In this document: piece by piece, positions 9,547 to 19,703 of the stretch
Layout of the letters: each line of letters begins with the position of its first letter
Position numbering within the stretch: position 1 is the first letter of the stretch
Assembly (NCBI GenBank): GCA_038841535.1
Contig: JAWBTQ010000002.1
Location: 116,433 to 180,432 of the forward strand
Source: Sulfolobales archaeon
Lineage (GTDB): Archaea > Thermoproteota > Thermoprotei_A > Sulfolobales > NBVN01
Direction of reading: 5' to 3'
DNA: 64,000 bases
The notes under the pieces: model-generated
The model's database searches: none
What the model was told of the DNA's origin: nothing
What the model saw: the letters and a program-made list of their open reading frames with translations, nothing else
Translations under genes and position numbers: made by a program

Positions 9547-10503
9547 ATGGTGTTGCGCAACGTCGTATTGTCAATAGACGTTGGTGGAACTAAGATTGCG
9601 TACGCGTTTATCGACTCCGGAGGAGGAGTTCATGATTACGGTATCGTAAAAACTAGGAGAGCTGGGGGAAGGCAGGTTATCAACCAGCTCAGAGAGATCG
9701 TTAGATCCTGTCGCTACAAGAAGGTTGTTGGCGTGGGGGTGAGCGTGCCAGGCATAGTTAGAAACGGATCGGTTACCTGGGCACCTAACATTAGGGAATG
9801 GAGGGACGTCCATTTAGCCGATCTGATAAGCAGGGATATCCCCGAGGGAGGCCTAATAGAGGTCGTAGACGATAGGACGGCTAGCGCTCTGGGTGAGATG
9901 TGGCAGGGGGCGGCAAAGAGTCTATCAAATTTCATAGTGCTAGTCATAGGGACGGGAGTCGGTGCCGGCGTAGTTATTGACGGTAGGCCTGTCCATGGCT
10001 CAGCTGGTGTTTCGGGAGCTGTAGGTTGGTGGTTACTATCGCGAAGTCTTCCACATCGGAGTACCCGGAGAGGTTTTCTCGAAGAAGAGATAGGGGGATT
10101 AGCTCTCGATAGAATCGCCAGAAGGTACTCTTCATCAAGAACCTCAACAGGCTCTCCACTTCGCGAGCTATGCGAATTCGTCGATTCGACTTGCTTGTTT
10201 AGAGCTTACGACCTTGGGCACGATCTCGCAAAAAACACCCTAGAAAGGAAAGCAGTATTACTCGGGATCCTCATAGCTAACTTACTGAGCCTGCTTAACC
10301 CCGAGGCCGTTATACTAAGTGGTAGCGTCGGAGTTGAGCTAGGTAAAAGGTTTATGCCGCTCATCAGGAGAGTAGTTGAGGCAGTAGCGCAACCGTACGC
10401 CACCAAGAGCTACCGCTTAGAGGTATCAAGCCTAGGTCACTTGTCCTGCTTATACGGCTCTGCCTACTTCGTATTGAAAAGAATGGGGAGCATAGGTAAG
10501 TAA
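9547..10503 (+). CDS. ROK family sugar kinase (no HTH), probably amino-sugar kinase
   Basis: IDVGGTK, GVSVPG, DDRTASALGE, IGTGVGAG, LNPEAVILSG. Confidence 0.85.
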   Translation: MVLRNVVLSIDVGGTKIAYAFIDSGGGVHDYGIVKTRRAGGRQVINQLREIVRSCRYKKVVGVGVSVPGIVRNGSVTWAPNIREWRDVHLADLISRDIPEGGLIEVVDDRTASALGEMWQGAAKSLSNFIVLVIGTGVGAGVVIDGRPVHGSAGVSGAVGWWLLSRSLPHRSTRRGFLEEEIGGLALDRIARRYSSSRTSTGSPLRELCEFVDSTCLFRAYDLGHDLAKNTLERKAVLLGILIANLLSLLNPEAVILSGSVGVELGKRFMPLIRRVVEAVAQPYATKSYRLEVSSLGHLSCLYGSAYFVLKRMGSIGK

Positions 10504-10546
10504 TAAGACCACTTTTTTGTTCTGTTAGTTTCTAACTCGTGAGACT

Positions 10547-11761
10547 ATGCTGCTTGGAGTAGTTGAGGGGTTCTATGGGCCCGCCTGGGACTGGGTTGAG
10601 AGGATTAACATTATGGAGTTTCTGAGTAGGGTAGGTCTCAATGCCTACATATACGCACCTAAGTGGGATCCTCGTCATAGGGATTGGTGGAGGATTCCAT
10701 ACGAACCTGTCTTTGCTGATAGACTAAGCATGCTATTAGACTCGGCTTCTAGGTACGGAATCAGAGTTGTTTTCGCCCTAAGCCCGGGCTTAGACATGGA
10801 CTACTCGTCAGAGCACGATGTTAGATTGCTAGTAAAGAAGTTCTCTTGGGTTATGGAGCTGGGGGTTGAAGATTTAGCCGTGTTTTTAGACGATATCCCG
10901 CCGGTTCTTAGAGGAAAAGGGTTCAAGACTCTAGCAGAAGCTCAGTCTTCCTTAGTGAACAAGTTGCTTAGGGAGCTGAGACCTAAGTCGCTGGTGTTCT
11001 GCCCTACCTATTACCACAGTCTGCGGGAGGACTACATGAGAGAGATAGGCGATCTCGTTGATCCCGAGGTATACATAGTTTGGACTGGTATGTGGGTAGC
11101 CTCACACAAAATAGACGTAGGGGACTTAGAATCCGTGGCCAAGCTCTTAAAGAGAAAGCCGTTCATATGGGATAACTACCCAGTTAACGACTACTTCACC
11201 GTTTACGGAATTACGAGGCTACACCTAGGGCCCCTAAAGAACAGACCTAAAGAGTTCACCAAATATATCTCCGGCTACGCATCTAACCCCATGAATCAGT
11301 ATGAAGCATCTAAGATACCTCTATACACTATCGCAGAAGCCTTACTAAGTACGTCATACGACCCCGAAAAGAGTTTATCGGACGCTATAGACAGCATACT
11401 CAATAAGAACTCTAGGTACTGGTTTAAGAGGTTTGTGGAGTTTAACCGAGCTAACTTTATGGACTTAACGGAACGTACTATAACTAGAGAAAATGCTGAC
11501 GAGGTGATCGAGCTAGTCAGAGAACTTCGTGAATCTATAGGAAACAAGAAGTTGGTTAGAGAAGTTGACTCAGTGTTAAGCAAAATGGAGTCCATAGCCA
11601 GGTACTCTAAAAACGAGGTATCCTATCTAAGCTGGCGAGTTCAGACTGCAGGTGAGTACAGTCCCCCAATAACAGCTGAGAGAATGTTGAAGGAGGTGTT
11701 CGGAGTAGTAGCCCGACTCACTCCTTGGTACAGTAAGGCCTACGTAAAGCCCGAGGTGTAG
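10547..11761 (+). CDS. GH84 beta-N-acetylglucosaminidase (O-GlcNAcase family)
   Basis: GVVEGFYG, YIYAPKWDP.HR, ALSPG, catalytic DD (FLDDI), FCPTYY, WTG, WDNYPVNDY, NPMNQ. Confidence 0.92.
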   Translation: MLLGVVEGFYGPAWDWVERINIMEFLSRVGLNAYIYAPKWDPRHRDWWRIPYEPVFADRLSMLLDSASRYGIRVVFALSPGLDMDYSSEHDVRLLVKKFSWVMELGVEDLAVFLDDIPPVLRGKGFKTLAEAQSSLVNKLLRELRPKSLVFCPTYYHSLREDYMREIGDLVDPEVYIVWTGMWVASHKIDVGDLESVAKLLKRKPFIWDNYPVNDYFTVYGITRLHLGPLKNRPKEFTKYISGYASNPMNQYEASKIPLYTIAEALLSTSYDPEKSLSDAIDSILNKNSRYWFKRFVEFNRANFMDLTERTITRENADEVIELVRELRESIGNKKLVREVDSVLSKMESIARYSKNEVSYLSWRVQTAGEYSPPITAERMLKEVFGVVARLTPWYSKAYVKPEV

Positions 11762-11764
11762 AAA

Positions 11765-13048
11765 GTGATAATTAGGGCGTATAGGAGAGGTGATGAAGAG
11801 GAAGTCGTTGAGCTACTCAAGATGTGCTTTGATGACTTCAATAGGTGGGGTGTGTCAGCGGAGGACTGGCTTTCGTATGAGGAAGGAGACTACGGCTTTA
11901 AGATAGATAACGCTCTTGTTGCTGAAGTCAGTGGTAGATTGGTAGGACACCTTCACTTAGTGATACGGAATGCGTACATAGGTGAAGGTTCCTTTGATAT
12001 CTGCGGAATAGCTAATGTTTCAACTCACCCGGACTTCCGAGGTAGGGGTATAGCTACCGCCCTCGTGAAGAGAGCTATAGAGGTGTGTAGAGAAATGGGT
12101 TTACCTGTAGTTTCACTACTTACCGGCTATGGAGGTGAGGGGTATCGCGTATATAGGTCCGTGGGTTTTTCGAACACGGCTTTTCTGAGAGCATACGTAG
12201 GTGCTCGAGATAGTGTCGAAAAGTTTTTAGAGAGTTATGGGAAGATCAGGCTAGAAGTTGAAGAAATAGGCTACGGGAACATCGATGAAGTAGCTAAGCT
12301 TCACGATACGTTACGGAGGAAAGTAAATCTTGTCATATCGCGTCCCAGAGACTACTGGGTCAGCAAGGTACTGAAGAGATTCTTTTTCTATAGCTTCTTT
12401 TACGATCGCTCCGAGGAAGCTATAAAGCTACTCTTCAGAGACTCCTCCGGTCCGGTGGGTTATTCTCTGGCTTTTAGTGGGCAACGCGCCTCGAGGAACT
12501 ACTGGCAGAAAGATGCAGGAGTAGTACTTGAAGCTGTAGCTATCAACGAGAAATACTTGAAGAGCGTAATCTCCGAGACCCTAAGGCGACTACTCGATAG
12601 TGGGGCGAAGTTGTTCAGGCTCTACGTGCCACCATTATACAGGCCTATATTACGCTATAGCTTTGAGGAGTTCAAGGGGGGTTTACTAATGGACTACGTA
12701 ATCGACTTAAAGAAGCTTCTGAGCAGTATGAGGGATGAACTCTCGAGGAGAGCAGCTTCCGCAGAGCTTAGGGGCCCTATGGACATCAGCATAAGGAGTC
12801 CATATGGATGCGCAAATGTTAATGTAGTTGATTCTAATGTGGAGATAAGTAGTTCCTGTAAGTTCGAGAATGAAGTGGAGTTCACCAGAGATGGCATCGT
12901 TAAAACTATCTATGGAGTAAGCTCCATAGGCAAACTAGTAAATAAGGACCAGGTAATGAGAATAAACCTTAGCTCACAAGCTTTTAAAGCAGTAAATGCC
13001 CTCTTTCCGGCTAGACCAATATACATCCCAAGGATGGACCAGTGGTAG
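11765..13048 (+). CDS. Tandem-GNAT N-acetyltransferase (Eis/GlmA-like architecture)
   Basis: GIANVSTHPDFRGRGIA, YRSVGF; second degenerate GNAT domain and SCP2-like tail. Confidence 0.8.
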   Translation: MIIRAYRRGDEEEVVELLKMCFDDFNRWGVSAEDWLSYEEGDYGFKIDNALVAEVSGRLVGHLHLVIRNAYIGEGSFDICGIANVSTHPDFRGRGIATALVKRAIEVCREMGLPVVSLLTGYGGEGYRVYRSVGFSNTAFLRAYVGARDSVEKFLESYGKIRLEVEEIGYGNIDEVAKLHDTLRRKVNLVISRPRDYWVSKVLKRFFFYSFFYDRSEEAIKLLFRDSSGPVGYSLAFSGQRASRNYWQKDAGVVLEAVAINEKYLKSVISETLRRLLDSGAKLFRLYVPPLYRPILRYSFEEFKGGLLMDYVIDLKKLLSSMRDELSRRAASAELRGPMDISIRSPYGCANVNVVDSNVEISSSCKFENEVEFTRDGIVKTIYGVSSIGKLVNKDQVMRINLSSQAFKAVNALFPARPIYIPRMDQW

Positions 13049-13401
13049 TCGGAGAATCTGCGAGTCCACACGACTTCGAGCCTCTTAGGGAAGTACGAAA
13101 CGGAGATCTCGTAATTTTAAAGCCTCTTCAATATTCTATTCATAAAAGCAGAGCTATGTCGAGGTTCCCCAAAGAGATGTTAAAACTAATGTGCTAAGCG
13201 TTATTACGAGAAGACTAAAGTAGAGTAGAACGTGTGGATCATTACGCTCATATTGGGACCTACAGTACTCAGTTACTAGTGGAGGGTTAATCAGCAAATA
13301 GAATCTTAGAGTATGGACAGCACTTATAGCCACACCATGTACGGCAGCAAGTCACAGATTTTTCCAGTGTCCTGGGTCCTCTCTTAGTCTTGGGAGCTCT
13401 G

Positions 13402-13411
13402 GTTACGTAAC
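13402..13411. promoter_or_regulatory. Perfect palindrome GTTACGTAAC upstream of TATA (TTTAAAT 13419)
   Basis: Shared operator motif. Confidence 0.72.
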
Positions 13412-13447
13412 TCTGTGGTTTAAATGATTCTAGCGATCAACTCACGG

Positions 13448-15478
13448 GTGCTAACTACGCCTCTACAGAAGTGGGTGATTTATGTTATAGTTGTAGTAGT
13501 CATAGCTGCAGTTGCTGTCGGTATAGCAGCCCAGTTACTCCTTCCGCCACCAGCCGTTCAACCAACTCCCACACCTACCCCTACCGCAATTACCCCCGCA
13601 ACAACACCGACTCCCACAACACCTCCAACAGTGACACCTACGACTACTCCTTTACCTACAACACCGACTCCCACACCGACTCCTGGGGAGAAGGTAGTAT
13701 ACTTGTACGGTAGTTGGCCGCCCCCTGAGAACTATATTACTAACCCCCTGGTAGGTACCATAGGGATGCTTCACTACTATACCCACATGCCACTAGTGTT
13801 TCTAATACCCGCTGATAGAGCACCATTACCTGGGTTACTCGGTGAGTACCCTAAGCTCATTTCGCTCTTAGCTGATGCCTGGGTATTCAAAGAGTATCCA
13901 GGTTCGAATTTAACTATAGCGGAGGTAAAGCTTAAGAAAACTGGTTGGAGTGATGGTAATCCGCTAACAGCTGAGGACGTTTTTATTAGTATAGTGTACT
14001 ACGGATGCTTCTACAACTCATTTCCCGGCTACTATGAGGTAATTAATGAAACAGCTATAAGGAGGTACTGGAACGCTACGGGCATTAGATTCGAAACACT
14101 CACCTCGTGGATGTGGTCTTGGTACGGGATTTGGGCATCAAGAGAATACTACAAAGTGGAGCCATTGTGGCCGATCTGTATAGAGCAGTACAGGCTACTA
14201 AAGGAGCGCTACTACCTAACAACAGTGGGGAAGCCTGTACCTAAGGAATTAACGGATAGACTTACTCTGCTCAATAAGTGGTTCAGGGGGAACCTAACGG
14301 AGATAGCTAAGAAGGTCCCAGCATACCTAGCTAATGGACCCTTCTATCCAGCTAAGATCACAGAGTCCCACATTATTTGGGAGAAGAACCCGTACTTCTG
14401 GAACACTAAAGGTATGGCAATAGATAGATGGGTGATGCTAAGCACTCCTGAGACTGCAGTCATAATAGAGAACATCGGTCGCGGAGCCGTTACGTGGTCG
14501 ACGCTAACATCAATAGTGCCAGACATCGTTGACGCACTTAAAGCTATAAACAGAGACCTATTGGTGTACCCACTAACTCACTATCGCATGGTCGGCATAC
14601 TCTTCAATTTCCAGAGATACCCGATGAACGATACACACTTCCGTAGAGCGATCGCTTACCTTGTAAATAAAGACGCCATTTTCCAAACTCTTCCCTTCTA
14701 CGCTAAGGAGACCATACTAAACATAGGGCTACCGGAGGAGTTCTTGTGGAAATGGATCTCAAGCGACGACTTAAAGTACTTCACAAGGTACACCTACGAC
14801 CCCAAGAAGGCGGAAGAAGAACTGCTCGCCGGAGGCTTCAGAAAAGACCCTAGAACTGGTAAGTGGCTTCTACCGAACGGTACTCCCATATCCATTACCA
14901 TAACGATTACCTCTGATCCCATGTATGTAATACCAGCTGAAGCTATTGCCGGGATGCTTAACAGCTTCGGAATCACGACGCAGATAAGTGTTGTTCCATC
15001 AGCTGTTTGGACGACACTCGTTCGGACCTACGCTACTACCTACGCCGTAGAGAGAAATTACGACATAACCATCTGGATATCTAGCTTGATGTACGCTACT
15101 GCTCACCCGTACTGGACATGGTCCCACATACTCATGCTCGGATGGGGTGCTGGAGGAGCAATAGCTTTCCCGAACTGGTGGAACATACAGCATCCGTGGA
15201 AGAGCTGCACTAACGACGAAAACATATCTAGGTTGTTCACTATACTCTACAACAACCCTGGTACAGACGTCGAGAAGTGCGCCATTAAGGCGTTCGCATG
15301 GGTCGTCAACGAATATGTGCCTGTCTTACATTTGTACGAATATGGTGTCTGGGTATTCATGAACAGTAAGGACATCAAGGGATGGCCCCCGGAGGAAGAC
15401 CCGGTTTGGAGCGTAAGATTAATGGACGCTGGCTACTATCGAGCTCTCCTGCTACTCTCGATATATTACCTGCGTTAA
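13448..15478 (+). CDS. ABC transporter substrate-binding protein, family 5 (Dpp/Opp-type, likely oligosaccharide or muropeptide)
   Basis: N-terminal TM, Pro/Thr linker, WSDGNPLTAEDV, NGPF, FRRAIAYLVNK, YDPKKAEE; GTG 13448 preferred because ATG 13424 overlaps the TATA box. Confidence 0.85.
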   Translation: MLTTPLQKWVIYVIVVVVIAAVAVGIAAQLLLPPPAVQPTPTPTPTAITPATTPTPTTPPTVTPTTTPLPTTPTPTPTPGEKVVYLYGSWPPPENYITNPLVGTIGMLHYYTHMPLVFLIPADRAPLPGLLGEYPKLISLLADAWVFKEYPGSNLTIAEVKLKKTGWSDGNPLTAEDVFISIVYYGCFYNSFPGYYEVINETAIRRYWNATGIRFETLTSWMWSWYGIWASREYYKVEPLWPICIEQYRLLKERYYLTTVGKPVPKELTDRLTLLNKWFRGNLTEIAKKVPAYLANGPFYPAKITESHIIWEKNPYFWNTKGMAIDRWVMLSTPETAVIIENIGRGAVTWSTLTSIVPDIVDALKAINRDLLVYPLTHYRMVGILFNFQRYPMNDTHFRRAIAYLVNKDAIFQTLPFYAKETILNIGLPEEFLWKWISSDDLKYFTRYTYDPKKAEEELLAGGFRKDPRTGKWLLPNGTPISITITITSDPMYVIPAEAIAGMLNSFGITTQISVVPSAVWTTLVRTYATTYAVERNYDITIWISSLMYATAHPYWTWSHILMLGWGAGGAIAFPNWWNIQHPWKSCTNDENISRLFTILYNNPGTDVEKCAIKAFAWVVNEYVPVLHLYEYGVWVFMNSKDIKGWPPEEDPVWSVRLMDAGYYRALLLLSIYYLR

Positions 15479-15501
15479 GATCAGTCTACAGGCTGGTGTA
15501 A

Positions 15502-16530
15502 ATGGAGTTAACGGGAGTTTTTCCGTTCATTAAGTTACTCTCGAAGAGGGTTTTATATGCGATTTTAACAATTATGGTAGCCGTCTCGGTAACTTTCGTG
15601 GCTATAAGGTCTATGCCTGGAGATGTGCTTTACACGCTGGCAGTATCGCTAGCAGAAGAGCTGAGGATCTCCGTAGAGGAGGCCAAGAAGATAGTGTTCT
15701 ACATATACTATGGGATTGACGTCGAAGAACCGATCTACCTACAGTACCTTAAGTATGTCATTGGGTTACTGCAGGGGAACCTAGGGTACTCGACATACTT
15801 CAAAAGACCCGTTACTTACGTTGTAGCCAGGGCGCTAGGCTGGACAGCGTTTACTCTTTCCGTGGGGATCTCTCTGTCTTTCGCTATTGGGATACTGATA
15901 GGGATGCTGGCAGGTTTTAAGCGCGGAACTAAGTTTGACGCCATAGTATCTCTGACCTCGACAGTACTGTCGGCTATACCGGGATACGTAGTAGCGCTAC
16001 TACTGTACATCATGCTATCTGCGCGACTAGGACTCCTACCAGCAAGAGGAGCCTACTCACCGCACGTAGAACCGGGACTAAACCTAGCGTTTATGATCGA
16101 CGTACTCTACCACGCAGCTCTCCCAGTACTCACATACGTAGTGATAACTTTCTCTGGCTGGACGCTACTCATAAGATCGAACGTGGCGAAGATACTGGAG
16201 GAGGACTTTCTCAAGTACGCTGAGGCGCGGGGAATTAGCAGGAGGAGAATAGTGACTACCTACATAGGTAGAAACTCCATACTGCCAATAGTGCCTCTCC
16301 TGGCTATAAGAGTGGGGAGCATGATTGGCGGCTCTACCCTCATAGAAACGATCTTCGCGTATCCCGGTATGGGGTATTACCTATCTCTAGCTCTTAGCAT
16401 TAGAGATTACGGTCTTCTCCAGGGCATATACTTTATGATGATAGTCGCAACTATAGTTGCGGTAATAGTGGTCGAGTTCCTCACCCCGTTAATAGATCCA
16501 AGAGTTCGACGCGAGGTAGTAGCAACATGA
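15502..16530 (+). CDS. ABC permease (DppB/OppB-type)
   Basis: MPGD, GNLGYS, EAA loop AEARG, ETIFAYPGMG, IDPRVR. Confidence 0.92.
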   Translation: MELTGVFPFIKLLSKRVLYAILTIMVAVSVTFVAIRSMPGDVLYTLAVSLAEELRISVEEAKKIVFYIYYGIDVEEPIYLQYLKYVIGLLQGNLGYSTYFKRPVTYVVARALGWTAFTLSVGISLSFAIGILIGMLAGFKRGTKFDAIVSLTSTVLSAIPGYVVALLLYIMLSARLGLLPARGAYSPHVEPGLNLAFMIDVLYHAALPVLTYVVITFSGWTLLIRSNVAKILEEDFLKYAEARGISRRRIVTTYIGRNSILPIVPLLAIRVGSMIGGSTLIETIFAYPGMGYYLSLALSIRDYGLLQGIYFMMIVATIVAVIVVEFLTPLIDPRVRREVVAT

Positions 16531-17414
16531 CTTCCTACAGGAGTTCTAAGTCGAGACTTAAGCTCATATACTTAGACTTCGTGAGACCAGTAATCCTAAG
16601 CGGTAGAGGAGTCCTAGGTATCGCTATCATAGTCTCCATGATCTTTATGGCTACATTAGGGCCCGAGCTCATACCTCTAGATACGGGTGTTAAGCCGCAG
16701 ATGAAGTGGTGTCAGCCCTCTCTTGAGCATCCGCTAGGGTGCGACTACCTCGGCCGCGACCTGTTCTCACTGGTAGTTCACGGTTCGAGAGAGGTCTTCC
16801 TTATACCCTTCTGTGCTACTTTGATTGGTGTGGTCGTAGGGCTATCTATAGGTCTGTTAGCAGGTTATATTGGCGGGTTGGCTAGAAGAGCTCTAACCTC
16901 AGTAACTGACACGTGGTTAACAATACCGTCGTTTCCAGTAATATTTATATTAGCCTACGCTTTACCTAAGTCTCCGGTCTCCATAATACTTCTACTAACT
17001 CTCTTTAGCTGGCCCGGGCTAGCTAGAGCGGTAGCCGCTGAAGTATCCTCATTGAAGCGCAGAGACTACATCGAGGCGTGCGTTAACCTAGGCCTTGGGA
17101 GGGGCTACATACTGTTCAGAGAGATAGGACCTCACATACTCCCATTTGTAGCAATCAACTTCGCCTCGGTTTTCGTCGCAAACATGACGTCTCTAATAGG
17201 CATAGTCCTCCTCGGGGTAGCCCCACTGAACCCAACTAATTGGGGCTACTTACTAAACCAGATGATATTTACTTACAAGGGACTGCTCCTAGCTAATGCA
17301 TCAGTAGTGATAGTGTTGATGATACTCATGTTGGTTTTTATAAAGCTGGGTGTAGTGTTCTTTGCTCAATCCCTCGAAGAGGTCTTTAACCCAAGGTTGA
17401 GGAGGTATGAGTGA
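16527..17414 (+). CDS. ABC permease (DppC/OppC-type)
   Basis: HPLGCDYLGRD, WPGLARAV, FNPRLR. Confidence 0.92.
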   Translation: MTSYRSSKSRLKLIYLDFVRPVILSGRGVLGIAIIVSMIFMATLGPELIPLDTGVKPQMKWCQPSLEHPLGCDYLGRDLFSLVVHGSREVFLIPFCATLIGVVVGLSIGLLAGYIGGLARRALTSVTDTWLTIPSFPVIFILAYALPKSPVSIILLLTLFSWPGLARAVAAEVSSLKRRDYIEACVNLGLGRGYILFREIGPHILPFVAINFASVFVANMTSLIGIVLLGVAPLNPTNWGYLLNQMIFTYKGLLLANASVVIVLMILMLVFIKLGVVFFAQSLEEVFNPRLRRYE

Positions 17415-18414
17415 AAAACTCGATAAGAACCAGAAGCTGGTTATCCGTGACCTGAGAATGGAGTACCTAGTGAGAGAAGGGACCGTAAAAGCGGTAAACG
17501 GAGTCAACCTCACTATACCTGAGGGGAGGATTACCGCTATCGTGGGCGAGAGCGGCTCCGGGAAAACCTCTCTGGTTGAGACCTTTCTTAAAATTTTACC
17601 TAAAAACGCGAGAATAAGGTCCGGTAAGGCCCTTCTCAAGCTCTCCAACGGAACAGCTGTAGACCTGATAGAAGCGAGCGATAGCTTAATGAGAAAGCTA
17701 AGAGGGAGAGTCGTGGGATATATACCTCAAGGAGCGCAAAACTCTTTAAACCCTGTCTTAACCATCGAGCAGCACTTCCTCGAAACCCTCAGGGAGCATG
17801 GGACTCACTCTAAGGAGGCTATCGAGGAGAGAGTTCGCGCAATGCTTTCTCTCGTTAGGCTAGACCCTGAGGTCGTCTTGAAGAAGTACCCTCATGAGCT
17901 AAGTGGAGGCATGAAGCAGAGAGTTGTGATAGCATTGACTATGTTACTCCAACCGGAACTAGTAGTTCTAGACGAGCCAACTTCGGCTTTAGACATCTTC
18001 TCTCAAAGGGTTCTGCTGAACATACTCTACAAGATCCAGTCCACTTATAAGAATACCATGGTTTTGATCACACACGATATCCCGATAGTATCAGAGCTAA
18101 CCGATAGGGTGGCGGTTCTCTACGCAGGAGCTATAGTAGAGTCCGCAGATACGTACGAGGTATTCAAGGAGCCTATACACCCCTATACCTCTATGCTTAT
18201 ATCTGCCATACCTTCGGTAGTAGACGTCTACCTAAAGAGGGTGCCTAAGCCGGTACCTGGAGAGCCCCCCAGTCTTCTAAATCCACCACCAGGCTGCAGA
18301 TTCCATCCTAGATGTCCTCACGCTTTTGAGAAATGCAGGCTTAAGGAGCCTCCTACGGTAGAAGTGCACTCAGGTCACTTCGTTAGTTGCTGGCTGTACG
18401 CCGAGGGTGTGTAG
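17407..18414 (+). CDS. ABC ATPase (DppD/OppD-type)
   Basis: GESGSGKT, YPHELSGGMKQR, LDEPT, GCRFHPRC. Confidence 0.95.
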   Translation: MSEKLDKNQKLVIRDLRMEYLVREGTVKAVNGVNLTIPEGRITAIVGESGSGKTSLVETFLKILPKNARIRSGKALLKLSNGTAVDLIEASDSLMRKLRGRVVGYIPQGAQNSLNPVLTIEQHFLETLREHGTHSKEAIEERVRAMLSLVRLDPEVVLKKYPHELSGGMKQRVVIALTMLLQPELVVLDEPTSALDIFSQRVLLNILYKIQSTYKNTMVLITHDIPIVSELTDRVAVLYAGAIVESADTYEVFKEPIHPYTSMLISAIPSVVDVYLKRVPKPVPGEPPSLLNPPPGCRFHPRCPHAFEKCRLKEPPTVEVHSGHFVSCWLYAEGV

Positions 18415-18416
18415 AG

Positions 18417-19451
18417 ATGAAGAGGGTTGTCGCAGTAGAGAAGGTAAGTAAGACCTACTCCAGAGGGTTATTTAAGAAGAGGCTTATCAGTGCAGTGCAG
18501 AGCGCTTCTCTCGAGGTATCTAGCGGTGAGTTAATTAGTATCGTTGGTGAGAGCGGCTCCGGAAAGACTACTCTGGGAAAGTTGATGACTGGCTTAGTCC
18601 TTCCTAGTAGCGGGAGGCTAATCTGGAGAGACGTGGACGTAATTAAGAACGGAAGAATAGTCAATAGAGAGTTCTACTCTTCGAATAGACATAGATACGT
18701 ATACGTCCATCAAGACCCGTATAGTGCTCTAAATCCTTCTAAGAACGTATGGGACACTCTCAACCCGGTGATCAGTAAGTACAAGAAGCACTTAGGAACA
18801 TCGGATAAGTATAAAACAGTGATAGAGCTCCTAGAGGAGGTAGGACTAGTTCCAGCAGATTACTTCATCGATAAGTATCCTCACCACCTCTCTGGAGGTA
18901 TGAGGCAGAGACTTGCTCTAGCGAGAGCTCTGGCAGCTGATCCTCACTTCATAGTGGCAGACGAAATAGTGAGCATGGTAGACCCGTCAATAAGGATATC
19001 GCTAGTGAACCTCCTCAAGGATATAGTGAAGGCGCGCAATATCTCGGTAGTGTTCATATCTCACGACCTCGGAATATCTATTTATGCCGCTGAAAACAAC
19101 TTCATGTACGTGATGCTTAACGGGGTGGTCGTAGAGTACGGTCCTGCCTACGAGATAGCTTACTCCCCCGAACATCCGTATACAAGAGCCCTAATATCTA
19201 ATACATCCGTTCCACTACCCTCACGAGAGAAGCGTGTGAGAGAGCTAGATGGCGTTGCGGTCGAAGACAGTAAACCCAGGCCAAACACACTGTGCCCATT
19301 TGCTTCTCTATGCCCGTTTGTTGATTCAGAGTGCTCTTCTTTTGAGCTTGGGTTTTACTTAAAAGCAGGTGCTAAGCACTTCTCAGCGTGTTTAAAGACT
19401 GGAAAGCTACCTAAGTGGAAGCCCAGCTGGCTCCAAACCCTATCTGGGTAG
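18417..19451 (+). CDS. ABC ATPase (DppF/OppF-type)
   Basis: GESGSGKTT, YPHHLSGGMRQR, HPYT, C-terminal Cys cluster. Confidence 0.93.
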   Translation: MKRVVAVEKVSKTYSRGLFKKRLISAVQSASLEVSSGELISIVGESGSGKTTLGKLMTGLVLPSSGRLIWRDVDVIKNGRIVNREFYSSNRHRYVYVHQDPYSALNPSKNVWDTLNPVISKYKKHLGTSDKYKTVIELLEEVGLVPADYFIDKYPHHLSGGMRQRLALARALAADPHFIVADEIVSMVDPSIRISLVNLLKDIVKARNISVVFISHDLGISIYAAENNFMYVMLNGVVVEYGPAYEIAYSPEHPYTRALISNTSVPLPSREKRVRELDGVAVEDSKPRPNTLCPFASLCPFVDSECSSFELGFYLKAGAKHFSACLKTGKLPKWKPSWLQTLSG

Positions 19452-19456
19452 AGCAG

Positions 19457-19657
19457 ATGAGAGCACACCCAATTATTCTAGTCGACCTTCTAGCATTAGC
19501 CGTAGTCACATTAGTACTTTCCGCTGTAGCTCTAGCAATACTACAGCCATCTGATGAAGCATATCTGCCGGCACTCTCAGCCTTATTTATTTCTTTAGTC
19601 CTCGTCTTTGTAGCCCTAGTCGGGTTTAGGAGAGCTATTAAAGTAGAGAAAACGTAG
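19457..19657 (+). CDS. Small two-TM membrane protein
   Basis: Two hydrophobic stretches; directly follows the ABC operon. Confidence 0.6.
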   Translation: MRAHPIILVDLLALAVVTLVLSAVALAILQPSDEAYLPALSALFISLVLVFVALVGFRRAIKVEKT

Positions 19658-19661
19658 AGTC

Positions 19662-19671
19662 GTTACGTAAT
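19662..19671. promoter_or_regulatory. Palindromic operator GTTACGTAAT upstream of TATA (TTTAAAC 19680)
   Basis: Shared operator motif. Confidence 0.7.
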
Positions 19672-19703
19672 CCTTTCCCTTTAAACTTCTAACCCCAAAA
19701 AGT

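Noticed and set aside
13560-13682. Low-complexity ACNCCN repeats resembling an array
   Set aside because: They encode the SBP Pro/Thr linker and have no repeat-spacer structure. No CRISPR array was seen anywhere in the window.
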